From Candidatus Onthoplasma sp. (GTDB taxonomy: Bacteria > Bacillota > Clostridia > Christensenellales > UBA1242), in assembly GCA_965646995.1 (NCBI GenBank), contig CBFGBH010000002.1, positions 75,953 through 139,952 on the forward strand: DNA of 64,000 bases, in the 5' to 3' direction. The number at the start of each line of letters is the position of its first letter. Position 1 is the first letter of the stretch. The notes under the pieces were generated by a model. It made no database searches. It had not been told where the DNA came from and was given only the letters and a program-made list of their open reading frames with translations. This document shows, one piece after another, positions 47,258 through 55,622 of the stretch. Position numbers and translations under genes: made by a program.

Positions 47258-48164
47258 TAATGTCCCCTAATTTGAATTTATTTGAATTCATGTATGATAG
47301 AGCCAGCATTTTTTGCTTACCTTCTGGCTGAATATATATTATCTCTACAGCACTATCATTAGTTGCTATGATGAGTCCATGCTTTCCATCACATGAAAGA
47401 ATCTCGCCAGGAATGCCCTCTCTATCACTGATAGATGCAAATGCGACTTTGTATCTCTGATTATTGTAAATAAAATAGCAGCTCTCTAAAGCACGAATTT
47501 TATTACACAAATACTCAGACTTAGCATTAAAATCCAGAAGATAATCTTCTTTTTTCAGCATTGGGAAATAGGTCGCTTCTTCTTCATTTTGCTTAATAGG
47601 TCGTTCTGTATAGTATTTGAAATTATTTAAAAATTCAAATAAACATTCTACACCTAGTGTTGCAAGCTTTGAAAATACACTTGTCATAGTATCTATTGCA
47701 TCTATATTAATCTCTCGCTGAAGATATATATCTCCTGTGTCTAATCCTAACTCAGTACGCATTATCGTGATACCTGTAGTCTTCTCGCCATTCATTATAG
47801 CCCATTGAATTGGAGATGAGCCACGATATTTTGGTAGCAAACTAGCATGCACATTAAAAGTGCCAAACTTAGGTATATCTAATATGTTTTGTTTAATAAT
47901 CTGCCCGAAACTCGCTGTAATAAATATATCTGGAGATAAGTTTTTTAAATCATTCTCTCCTTCTATGTTTAATTTATTATATTGATAGATAGGAATATTT
48001 TTCTTGATACAATAGGTTTTAATAGGAGATGGTATGATTTTATTATTCCGAGCATTTACCTTATCTGGCTGTGAAACAACTGCAACGACATTATATCCGT
48101 TGCCAACTAAACCATCTAATATTGTAGTACTAAACTCTCCTGTGCCGAAAAACACTATTCTCAT
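47244..48164 (-). CDS. fmt: Methionyl-tRNA formyltransferase
   Basis: HASLLPKYRGSSPIQWAI motif. def-fmt pair. Confidence 0.93.
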   Translation of the reverse strand: MRIVFFGTGEFSTTILDGLVGNGYNVVAVVSQPDKVNARNNKIIPSPIKTYCIKKNIPIYQYNKLNIEGENDLKNLSPDIFITASFGQIIKQNILDIPKFGTFNVHASLLPKYRGSSPIQWAIMNGEKTTGITIMRTELGLDTGDIYLQREINIDAIDTMTSVFSKLATLGVECLFEFLNNFKYYTERPIKQNEEEATYFPMLKKEDYLLDFNAKSEYLCNKIRALESCYFIYNNQRYKVAFASISDREGIPGEILSCDGKHGLIIATNDSAVEIIYIQPEGKQKMLALSYMNSNKFKLGDIIANT

Positions 48165-48165
48165 A

Positions 48166-48633
48166 TTAATCTTCTAACTCTACGCCTTTAGGTGGAATAC
48201 ATATCTTATCAATATATAATACGCCGTCTAAATGGTCACTCTCATGTGAAACGCATACTGCTGTCCAATCTTCACAAGTAAGAGTGAACGCATTGCCATA
48301 TCTATCGTATGCTTTAATAGTCACAGTTTTTGGTCGTTTGACATAATTGAATGGTTGTGTCACACTGAGACAACCTTCTTTCTTATACTGCTCTCCGCTC
48401 CTGCTGATAATGGTAGGATTAACAAACTCAATTTTCATATTATTAATATTGATAATAAATACTCTTTTTAGTACACCTACTTGCACAGCACTTAATCCGG
48501 CACCCATTTTATCTTCTAGTGTCTCCCACATATCATCTAATAGTTCCCATAATTTTTCATCAAATATCTTTATGGGTTTACTCTTCTTTCTAATGAAACT
48601 ATCTGTATGTGGAACTATCTCTCGTATTGCCAT
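48166..48633 (-). CDS. def: Peptide deformylase
   Basis: GAGLSAVQVG, EGCLS and HESDH motifs. Confidence 0.93.
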   Translation of the reverse strand: MAIREIVPHTDSFIRKKSKPIKIFDEKLWELLDDMWETLEDKMGAGLSAVQVGVLKRVFIININNMKIEFVNPTIISRSGEQYKKEGCLSVTQPFNYVKRPKTVTIKAYDRYGNAFTLTCEDWTAVCVSHESDHLDGVLYIDKICIPPKGVELED

Positions 48634-48635
48634 AT

Positions 48636-50810
48636 TTACCTCAAATTATTTGGATTTGTCTCAACAAATATTGAGACATCTTTCTCTATTATATCACTAA
48701 TCGCATAGAAATCACAAGTTATTTCATCACTTGGAATAAATCTAGTCAAAATTTGATAGCGATATTTCGTCTGTATTCGCTTGATTGGCGAAGGCATGGC
48801 CTGTAAAAATATAATTTGTCTGCCATACTTTTCTTTTAATTGAACTGCTTGGTCATAAATTTTTTTCGTCACTTCTTTGGCTCTCGTGTCGCTCACACTA
48901 CTCACTAGGATTCTTAAAATTGTACTAAACGGCGGAAAATGCGTCGTCTCTCGAACATTGATTTCTTTTGAATAAAAGTCAAGATAATCATACGCTGACG
49001 CATATCTATAGACATAATGCTTGGGTGCATAAGTTTGTAGTATAACACTGCCATCTCCATTCTTTCTACCCGCTCTACCTGCTACCTGTGTCACCAATTG
49101 GAAAGTACGCTCGTTGGATTTATAGTCGCTATTATATAGACTGATATCTGCATCTAATATTCCTACGAAAGCCACATTAGGATAGTCATGACCCTTGGCT
49201 ATCATCTGTGTGCCCACTAAAATGCTAGGCGCAGTATTAGAAAATTCTTCTAAAATATACTTGTGTGCATTTTTACCACGAGTGGTGTCATTATCCATTC
49301 TAAATATTGGAACATTAAACATTTTCTTTAAATCATCACATACGCGTTCTGTACCTAACGCTCCGTACTTGATATTGGTGCTCTTACAATTTGGACAATT
49401 AGTTAATGCTCTATATCTCCTACCACAGAAATGGCACTTTAATTCATTGTCTTCCTTATGATACACCAGACTAATTTCACAATCATCACACTTAGCTCTA
49501 TAGCCACATTCCCTGCACATCATGAATGACGCAAATCCGCGACGATTAATAAAAAGGATGGCTTGTTTTTCGTTCTTAATACATTCTTCTAGACCTGATA
49601 ATAGTCGCTTACTATACGGAGTCATATTACCTTCTAATATTTCTTGTAACATATCAACTATCTCTATCTTCGGCATCGGAATTCCATTGATTCGTTCGGT
49701 CAATTCTACCAGCGTATATACACCCTCGTTTGCTTTTTTAAAACTCTCTATACTAGGAGTCGCGCTACCCAGAATTAACGGACAATGGTTGTATCTGGCA
49801 CGATATTCTGCGACATCGTGCGTATTAAATCTAGGGTTAGTCTCGCTAATATATGAAGAGTCGTGTTCTTCATCTATTATTATCGCACCTATATTCTCTA
49901 CCGGCGCGAATATTGCAGACCTTGCACCCAAGACTACTCTAGCCTGTCCTAGAAAGATTCTATCCCATTCATCATATCTCTCGCCTTCACTAAGCCCACT
50001 ATGAAGAACTGCAACCAACCCCGGAAAACGCGAATTAAATCTATTCATCATCTGTGGTGTGAGAGAAATCTCTGGTACTAACATGATGGCTGTTTTTCCT
50101 TCTGATAGTGCTTTCTCTATCACACTCATATAAACTTCAGTCTTGCCACTGCCTGTCACGCCTTTTAGTAAAAATGTTTTGTCTTGATTATTTATCGCGT
50201 TGACTACATTCGACTGCTGAAGAGTTAAAACATTTTTTTCATTCTTTCCATTACTAATCTCTGGAATACGCATACGCCGAATGGCAGTCTTAGCTATGAT
50301 ACCTTTCTCAATCAGTGCGTTAACACTAGCTCTACCAAATAATTCTACCATATGATTAAACTCGCTCTCGCCTTGCTCATTTAAGTAAGCTACTGCACTT
50401 AGTTGATTTTTTGCTCGTTTCCCAATAATATTTATAGCAGTGTCTATATCCAATATTAAGTTTAATCTATAATTGTATTGTTCCTTCTCATTATCTAATC
50501 GAACGCAAGATGGTAAGACTAATTTAATACTATCGCATAAACGCAAAAAAAAGTGTCTCGACATATAAAAACACAAATCTAATATCTCGGGTTTAATTTT
50601 TGGGACACTTTCTAGATTTTTAATAATAGGCTTAATCTTGCTCTCATCAAAACTAGCGCTCTCACTAAGTTTGGTGACATAACCCAATACCGTGCGCCCC
50701 GCAAACGGAACTTTAACCCGCATGCCGACTTTTGTATTAGGCAGTGCTATATACTCAAAGACTCTATCTACCGCATCATTGGAAATATCTACTGAGACTA
50801 ATGCAAACAT
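48636..50810 (-). CDS. priA: Primosomal replication restart helicase PriA
   Basis: GVTGSGKTEVY, DEEHD and the Cys-rich zinc insert (CRECGY..CDDC..C.FCG..C.NC). Confidence 0.93.
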   Translation of the reverse strand: MFALVSVDISNDAVDRVFEYIALPNTKVGMRVKVPFAGRTVLGYVTKLSESASFDESKIKPIIKNLESVPKIKPEILDLCFYMSRHFFLRLCDSIKLVLPSCVRLDNEKEQYNYRLNLILDIDTAINIIGKRAKNQLSAVAYLNEQGESEFNHMVELFGRASVNALIEKGIIAKTAIRRMRIPEISNGKNEKNVLTLQQSNVVNAINNQDKTFLLKGVTGSGKTEVYMSVIEKALSEGKTAIMLVPEISLTPQMMNRFNSRFPGLVAVLHSGLSEGERYDEWDRIFLGQARVVLGARSAIFAPVENIGAIIIDEEHDSSYISETNPRFNTHDVAEYRARYNHCPLILGSATPSIESFKKANEGVYTLVELTERINGIPMPKIEIVDMLQEILEGNMTPYSKRLLSGLEECIKNEKQAILFINRRGFASFMMCRECGYRAKCDDCEISLVYHKEDNELKCHFCGRRYRALTNCPNCKSTNIKYGALGTERVCDDLKKMFNVPIFRMDNDTTRGKNAHKYILEEFSNTAPSILVGTQMIAKGHDYPNVAFVGILDADISLYNSDYKSNERTFQLVTQVAGRAGRKNGDGSVILQTYAPKHYVYRYASAYDYLDFYSKEINVRETTHFPPFSTILRILVSSVSDTRAKEVTKKIYDQAVQLKEKYGRQIIFLQAMPSPIKRIQTKYRYQILTRFIPSDEITCDFYAISDIIEKDVSIFVETNPNNLR

Positions 50811-50813
50811 TTA

Positions 50814-51011
50814 TTATTTAGATTGAACTCCTATAACTTCACCTTTCATTAGTTCAGTAGCTGCATGGTCGATGGCTAGATTGTCACTGCCATTTAATAA
50901 AGTCTGTATTTTATTGATTAAATCTTTTGCTCTAGCACCCACAATCACAGCTGCAGCATATCTACAACCTGCAATTCTCGCTAATACATCAATAGGTGGC
51001 TCAAATAACAT
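50814..51011 (-). CDS. rpoZ: DNA-directed RNA polymerase subunit omega (YloH-like)
   Basis: 65 aa. PPIDVLARIAGCRYAAAVIVGARAKDL fits the PSID..L....RY.L......RA motif. Precedes priA as in Bacillus. Confidence 0.7.
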   Translation of the reverse strand: MLFEPPIDVLARIAGCRYAAAVIVGARAKDLINKIQTLLNGSDNLAIDHAATELMKGEVIGVQSK

Positions 51012-51086
51012 ATATTCTCCTTTTGTCTAGTGAATTTTATCACTTAAAAATACTTTTGTCAAACTTTTTTGACCTATGTTTATCAA

Positions 51087-51740
51087 TTACAATTTTAATT
51101 TTTCTAGTGCTAGTTTTGCAGCATTCTGCTCAGCTTCGCGCTTGGTTGAGCCTTGACCAAATGAGACAAACTCATTATTAATATATATATTCGCTCTGAA
51201 ATTAGTTTGTCCGCCTTTCGTCTCATAGGACTCGCATTTATATTTCAAGTTGACATGTTGTTCTTGAATAGTCTCTTGCAATTCACTTTTATAATCGGTC
51301 GCTCGCATGCCTTTTTTTAATCTCTCTTTCACTTTAAGTGCATCTAATACAGCAGTAGATATTGAATGTAGTCCAAATGACAAATACATAACTCCAATCA
51401 TACTTTCGACAGTGTCAGCGAGCATAGCATCTGATACAACTTTACCTTTAAAACTCTTGCCAAGCAAAATCCGTGATTCTATATTTAAACTCTTAGCAAG
51501 TTCACTTAGACTCTCAGTGCATACAAAATTCGACCTAATCTTAGTCATCTTGCCTTCGTCTTGATGATAATGTTTATATAGATAATCACTAACTATTACA
51601 GATAAAACAGAGTCGCCTAAAAATTCTATACGCTCGTTACTCTCCGTCTTCTTATCATGCGCAAAAGAAGAATGAGTGAACGCTAGCGTCTTCAACTCTT
51701 CACTACATTTTTCAAATAACTCCAAAAAATTATTCTTCAT
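51087..51740 (-). CDS. rnc: Ribonuclease III
   Basis: Signature ERIEFLGDSVL and a C-terminal dsRBD (GSTKREAEQNAAKLAL). Confidence 0.93.
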   Translation of the reverse strand: MKNNFLELFEKCSEELKTLAFTHSSFAHDKKTESNERIEFLGDSVLSVIVSDYLYKHYHQDEGKMTKIRSNFVCTESLSELAKSLNIESRILLGKSFKGKVVSDAMLADTVESMIGVMYLSFGLHSISTAVLDALKVKERLKKGMRATDYKSELQETIQEQHVNLKYKCESYETKGGQTNFRANIYINNEFVSFGQGSTKREAEQNAAKLALEKLKL

Positions 51741-52737
51741 TCTTTGCTACTGCCTTAGATACTTTCTCTATCAGATGATTACTTGCTAATTTATAAGCCT
51801 GTAAAATAGTGGTAGACACGCTGTCTGACTTACTATTGCCATGGCATTTCAATACTATCTTCTTAACGCCTAAAAGTGGAGCCCCGCCGAAATTGCGATA
51901 ATCGTATTTCTTCTTCATTCCATAAAGGTTTTTCTTGAGCATTAATGCACCTAGTTTCGCCCTAAAAGATGATTTAGTGATATCCTTAATCTCTCCAAAT
52001 AGTATTTCAGCCGTACCTTCAATTGTTTTAAGGCAGACATTGCCAGCAAATCCGTCACATACTACGACATCTACTAGTCCACGCAATACATCACGAGCTT
52101 CAATGTTACCTACAAAATTGAGACCAGATTTCTTTAGTAGTTGATGCGCAGTCTTAACCATCTCACTACCCTTCTCTTCTTCTGTGCCGATATTGAGTAA
52201 ACCGATTTTAGGTTTCTTCACTCCCATAGCCTTCATATATTCAGCACCCATGATACCGAAATCAAGTAAGTTCTCCGGCTTACAATCAGCATTCGCTCCA
52301 CAGTCGAGCAACATTACACCTTTGTCATTTACGGTAGGCAAAATCGGCGCAAGAGCAGGCCTTGAAATATTCTGAATACGACCGAGTTTTAATACGGCAC
52401 CTGTAAGAGTGGCACCTGTACTACCCGCACTAACTAAAGCAACCGCGTCATCATTCTGTCTAAGATAGTCATAAGCCACTACTATACTAGATGTTTTTTT
52501 TGTCCTGATAGCGAGAGTAGGCACTTCATCCATACCTATGACATCTGGAGCATGAATTATCTCCAATCTATCGGAAACAAAAACCAGACTCTGTAAAATC
52601 TCTGTAATTTTATCTTTGTCCCCTACTAGTACTACATTCAAATCTTGATTGACTTGCAAAGCCTTAACCGCACCTGACACAATCTCTAGAGGTGCATAGT
52701 CTCCACCAAAAGCATCTACTACAATTTTCATATTCAC
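51730..52737 (-). CDS. plsX: Phosphate acyltransferase PlsX
   Basis: VDAFGGDYAP N-terminus, typical length. Overlaps the rnc start by 11 nt. Confidence 0.93.
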   Translation of the reverse strand: MNMKIVVDAFGGDYAPLEIVSGAVKALQVNQDLNVVLVGDKDKITEILQSLVFVSDRLEIIHAPDVIGMDEVPTLAIRTKKTSSIVVAYDYLRQNDDAVALVSAGSTGATLTGAVLKLGRIQNISRPALAPILPTVNDKGVMLLDCGANADCKPENLLDFGIMGAEYMKAMGVKKPKIGLLNIGTEEEKGSEMVKTAHQLLKKSGLNFVGNIEARDVLRGLVDVVVCDGFAGNVCLKTIEGTAEILFGEIKDITKSSFRAKLGALMLKKNLYGMKKKYDYRNFGGAPLLGVKKIVLKCHGNSKSDSVSTTILQAYKLASNHLIEKVSKAVAKNEE

Positions 52738-52754
52738 TCCTAATAATTTATCTA

Positions 52755-52783
52755 ATTATAGCCCTAAAAGAATAAAAAGTAAA
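52755..52783 (-). promoter_or_regulatory. plsX-rnc promoter
   Basis: -35 TTTACT (52783..52778), 17-nt spacer, -10 TATAAT (52760..52755). Confidence 0.6.
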
Positions 52784-52837
52784 ATGTTTTTAACTGAATT
52801 GAATTAGCTAAAATTTAAAGAAATTTCAAAATTGGTA

Positions 52838-52866
52838 TTGAAATCTAAATTTTAGTATGCTATAAT
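52838..52866 (+). promoter_or_regulatory. Promoter of the D2-only Clp ATPase gene
   Basis: -35 TTGAAA, 17-nt spacer, TGC-TATAAT. RBS GGAGGG follows. Confidence 0.7.
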
Positions 52867-52887
52867 GCACCAAACACGGAGGGAAAA

Positions 52888-54615
52888 ATGAATTATTACG
52901 ATATAATTAATGACCTACGAACTATATATCAAGTGGCATATCCAAATATGTTGCCTTTCTCAAACGCTAAAAGAGATTCCAGAGAGTTCGTGTATGCAAC
53001 ATTGTTATTCTCTGCTGTAAATGCATTGAATATTGATCATGTAGAAGACATTGACATGATTTCACTCTATCTATATCTGATGGACAAAGCTAATGTGTCA
53101 TTGAGCGATATATACACCTGCTTAGGTAAAGATAAGATGATTACCGAAACAGATATTGACCCATTTTTATACGAAGAATATAGCGATGATAGATTATTTG
53201 ATGATATTAATCAAATTAGAGATACTAGACCTGATTTATTCTTTGAGTTAGTAGGTTTGGAGCAATATAATAAAAATAAATTTAATTTTATTGATTTTTT
53301 CTTCTATAATATGGATGAATATATTCTAACTCATATTCCTAAAAAGAATGAAAAATTTAACTATGCTAAAATAAAAGAAACTAAAAAATATCTCGATGAT
53401 TTATTTAATGTATCAGTCTACAATATTACTGCTGATAGCGACAGACAAGCATATTCTGAATATGTCCTTGATTATATAAAGGCTCATAAAATCAAACTGA
53501 AGGATTTTAAAGCAAGTATCAATAAAATGCTCACTGAATACGACTATAAAGTAGATAAAGTGAAAGAAGTCATCAATCAAAATCTTCCTAAGCAAGCAAC
53601 TAAATTAATTACCAAGAAAATGGAATTAAAGGCAAAAACAGACATGCAAGAAAGAATAGACATTTACTCTAGACTACGTACACTACCTAGTCAAATAGTC
53701 GGACAAAAAGAAGCTACTGAAAGGGTCGTAGATGCTCTACTTGGTGCTTTAGTAGGCTTTAGGTCTGACGATGAACCAATGGCATCATTCTTGCTGACAG
53801 GTCCTACTGGTGTCGGTAAGACCGAAACCGCTAAAGCCGTAGCCAATCTATGCTGTAATGGTCACATGTTCACTGTAGATATGTCATCATACAAAAATAA
53901 AGAAGATGTATCTAGACTAGTCGGTGCATCCCCTAACTTCGCTGGATATGGAGATAAAAATCTTTTCTGTGAATTCTTGAAAAATCATCCTAATGGTGTA
54001 ATTCTATTCGATGAGTTAGACAAAGCGCATTTTGATTGCTTCGATGTATTCATGCATGCATTAGATGAAGGAGTATTCATAGACTCTGTGGGTAGGACTT
54101 ATTCATTGAAAGATAATATATTATTCTTCACCACTAATTTAACCAATTATATCCCACAGAAAGTCGGATTTGGTACTCTACAAAAATCTAGAACCGAAGA
54201 AACTCTTACTTCACAGAGTGCTGGACTTAGAAAAGAATTCATAGCTAGAATTCCAAATGTGATTGAATATAAAGCATTAAGTATCGAGTCATGCAAATTG
54301 ATAGCTAAAAACTTCATCAACGAGCAGATTAAAAATTATCAGTATAAAAATCCTGAATCAAAACTCAAATTTTCGTATACTGAAGAATTGATAGAAAAAA
54401 TAGTCAACAGTGCAAATACTAAACTACTCGGTGCTAGAGATTTAAAGCAATTCGTTAAAAAATTCTTCGTAAAGCCTATAACTAACTATATTGTCACAAA
54501 TAATCCAAATGATGGAGAAATAATTGTTGATGTGGACGATATTATCTACAAACAAAAACGCCAGCGAACCTATAATAATATTAAAGTAGAGACAAAAAAT
54601 GCGAGTATAAATTAA
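52888..54615 (+). CDS. Single-ring Clp/Hsp100 D2-type AAA+ ATPase with an unassigned ~265-aa N-terminal region
   Basis: aa ~270-560 match the ClpB/ClpC D2 module by eye: IVGQKEA, GPTGVGKTE, VSRLVGASPNFAGY, ILFDELDKAH, TTN, VGFG loop, GARDLKQ. There is no D1 ring. Confidence 0.8.
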   Translation: MNYYDIINDLRTIYQVAYPNMLPFSNAKRDSREFVYATLLFSAVNALNIDHVEDIDMISLYLYLMDKANVSLSDIYTCLGKDKMITETDIDPFLYEEYSDDRLFDDINQIRDTRPDLFFELVGLEQYNKNKFNFIDFFFYNMDEYILTHIPKKNEKFNYAKIKETKKYLDDLFNVSVYNITADSDRQAYSEYVLDYIKAHKIKLKDFKASINKMLTEYDYKVDKVKEVINQNLPKQATKLITKKMELKAKTDMQERIDIYSRLRTLPSQIVGQKEATERVVDALLGALVGFRSDDEPMASFLLTGPTGVGKTETAKAVANLCCNGHMFTVDMSSYKNKEDVSRLVGASPNFAGYGDKNLFCEFLKNHPNGVILFDELDKAHFDCFDVFMHALDEGVFIDSVGRTYSLKDNILFFTTNLTNYIPQKVGFGTLQKSRTEETLTSQSAGLRKEFIARIPNVIEYKALSIESCKLIAKNFINEQIKNYQYKNPESKLKFSYTEELIEKIVNSANTKLLGARDLKQFVKKFFVKPITNYIVTNNPNDGEIIVDVDDIIYKQKRQRTYNNIKVETKNASIN

Positions 54616-54626
54616 CTCGCTTTTTT
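54601..54626 (+). terminator. Terminator of the Clp-like gene
   Basis: Stem GCGAGU / ACUCGC spanning the stop codon, U6 run. Confidence 0.65.
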
Positions 54627-54647
54627 GTGACTTTTTAAGTTTAAGTC

Positions 54648-54839
54648 TTACTTTTTCTCTTTCTTGTCTACAGAAACAACCTCTGCTCCGTCATAGTAAC
54701 CACAATTCTTACATACTTTATGAGCCACTTTCTTCTCGTGGCAATGTGGACATTCTACTAATGTAGGAGTGGATGCTTTCCAGTTCGCGCGACGTTTATC
54801 ACGTCTAGCCTTAGACACTTTTCCCTTAGGAACTGCCAT
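54648..54839 (-). CDS. rpmF: 50S ribosomal protein L32
   Basis: Trimmed to MAVPKGKVSKARRDKRR (RBS GGAGGT). CxxC...CxxC zinc ribbon. Confidence 0.9.
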   Translation of the reverse strand: MAVPKGKVSKARRDKRRANWKASTPTLVECPHCHEKKVAHKVCKNCGYYDGAEVVSVDKKEKK

Positions 54840-54898
54840 AACTCTATACCTCCATATATATTCGTACGCAATACGCATACTCGACAAAATATGAAGAC

Positions 54899-54927
54899 AT
54901 TTTAGCACATTACATTCTGAATGTCAA
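54899..54927 (-). promoter_or_regulatory. rpmF promoter
   Basis: -35 TTGACA (54927..54922), 17-nt spacer, TGC-TAAAAT (54904..54899). Confidence 0.7.
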
Positions 54928-54979
54928 CTGCTTTTTGAAATTTAATAGAATTTTGTGCTCAACGTTCTTAAGTTACCTA

Positions 54980-55007
54980 TTGACAACTCTAATATTTATG
55001 ATAAAAT
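54980..55007 (+). promoter_or_regulatory. Promoter of the 55030 orphan gene
   Basis: -35 TTGACA, 16-nt spacer, TGA-TAAAAT. It lies inside the tracked GTG-started ORF, which argues for the ATG at 55030. Confidence 0.6.
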
Positions 55008-55029
55008 AATAACATTAAGGAGAAATAAT

Positions 55030-55452
55030 ATGGATGATTGTGAAAATTTATTAAGATCTTTATTAATAATGCATACCACTAAACAGATATGCGACCTAAG
55101 AAGTAAAATTCTAACATTAACAGATGAAATACTCACAGCCTTCTATAACTGTAAAAACGAAGCAGAATGTAAGCGTGTAATAAAAATTTATAATATAAAG
55201 ATAGACATTATAAAAGCAAATTACGATGGAATAATTGATTCTATCCATTTACTCGATTCAAAAATCGTAAGTGCCATTGGTCTCTATGTATTAGAAAACG
55301 AAATTGATGAGTGTAAAAAATTATTTGATAAATTAAAAGAAAAAACAGAGGAAGCGCTAAAAGAATATTTTAATGACTTAGTGAGTGACTCTAGCGCCGA
55401 AAAAGACACACAATGGAAGGTCGACTCGTTCATTAGACATTATAATAACTAA
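55030..55452 (+). CDS. Hypothetical helical protein (140 aa)
   Basis: Trimmed to MDDCENLLRSLL (RBS AAGGAG). Terminator immediately after the stop. Confidence 0.6.
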   Translation: MDDCENLLRSLLIMHTTKQICDLRSKILTLTDEILTAFYNCKNEAECKRVIKIYNIKIDIIKANYDGIIDSIHLLDSKIVSAIGLYVLENEIDECKKLFDKLKEKTEEALKEYFNDLVSDSSAEKDTQWKVDSFIRHYNN

Positions 55453-55476
55453 AAAAGAGCGATAAGCTCTTTTTTG
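55451..55476. terminator. Bidirectional terminator (55030 gene on plus; likely also ackA on minus)
   Basis: Stem AAAAGAGC / GCUCUUUU, 5-nt loop, A/T runs on both sides. Confidence 0.75.
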
Positions 55477-55479
55477 TTT

Positions 55480-55622
55480 ATACCTCTCCGACAACTACAC
55501 TTAGTTTCGTTGCCACCACTCCTTGCAAGGAGAGGCAAGACCTATAGATTATTTATTATGTAAAGTGAAGAAAATGCCTTGAAACTTTCCTTGACCGAAA
55601 CGGAGTTGTGATACTACGAGCG
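55480..55622. other. Unassigned structured ~140-nt region between the ackA stop and the shared terminator
   Basis: Long-range pairs ACAACU/AGUUGU and GUUUCG/CGAAAC enclose hairpin UUGCC-ACCA-CUCCU-UGCA-AGGAG-A-GGCAA. CCUCUCC/GGAGAGG is an alternative pairing. Confidence 0.3.

Noticed and set aside
54955-55029. GTG-initiated 25-codon N-terminal extension of the 55030 gene
   Set aside because: The extension contains the gene's own -35/-10 promoter elements. The ATG at 55030 is preceded by AAGGAG.
55480-55622. Possible SRP (4.5S/scRNA) RNA here or in the rpsP leader (29500..29650), considered because ffh and ftsY are nearby
   Set aside because: I could not find the conserved domain IV signature (GGAA tetraloop flanked by AGCA/GGAAGCAGC-type loops) on either strand. 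The resemblance (GGUCAAGGAAAG, UGCUGGUUUGCU) is superficial.
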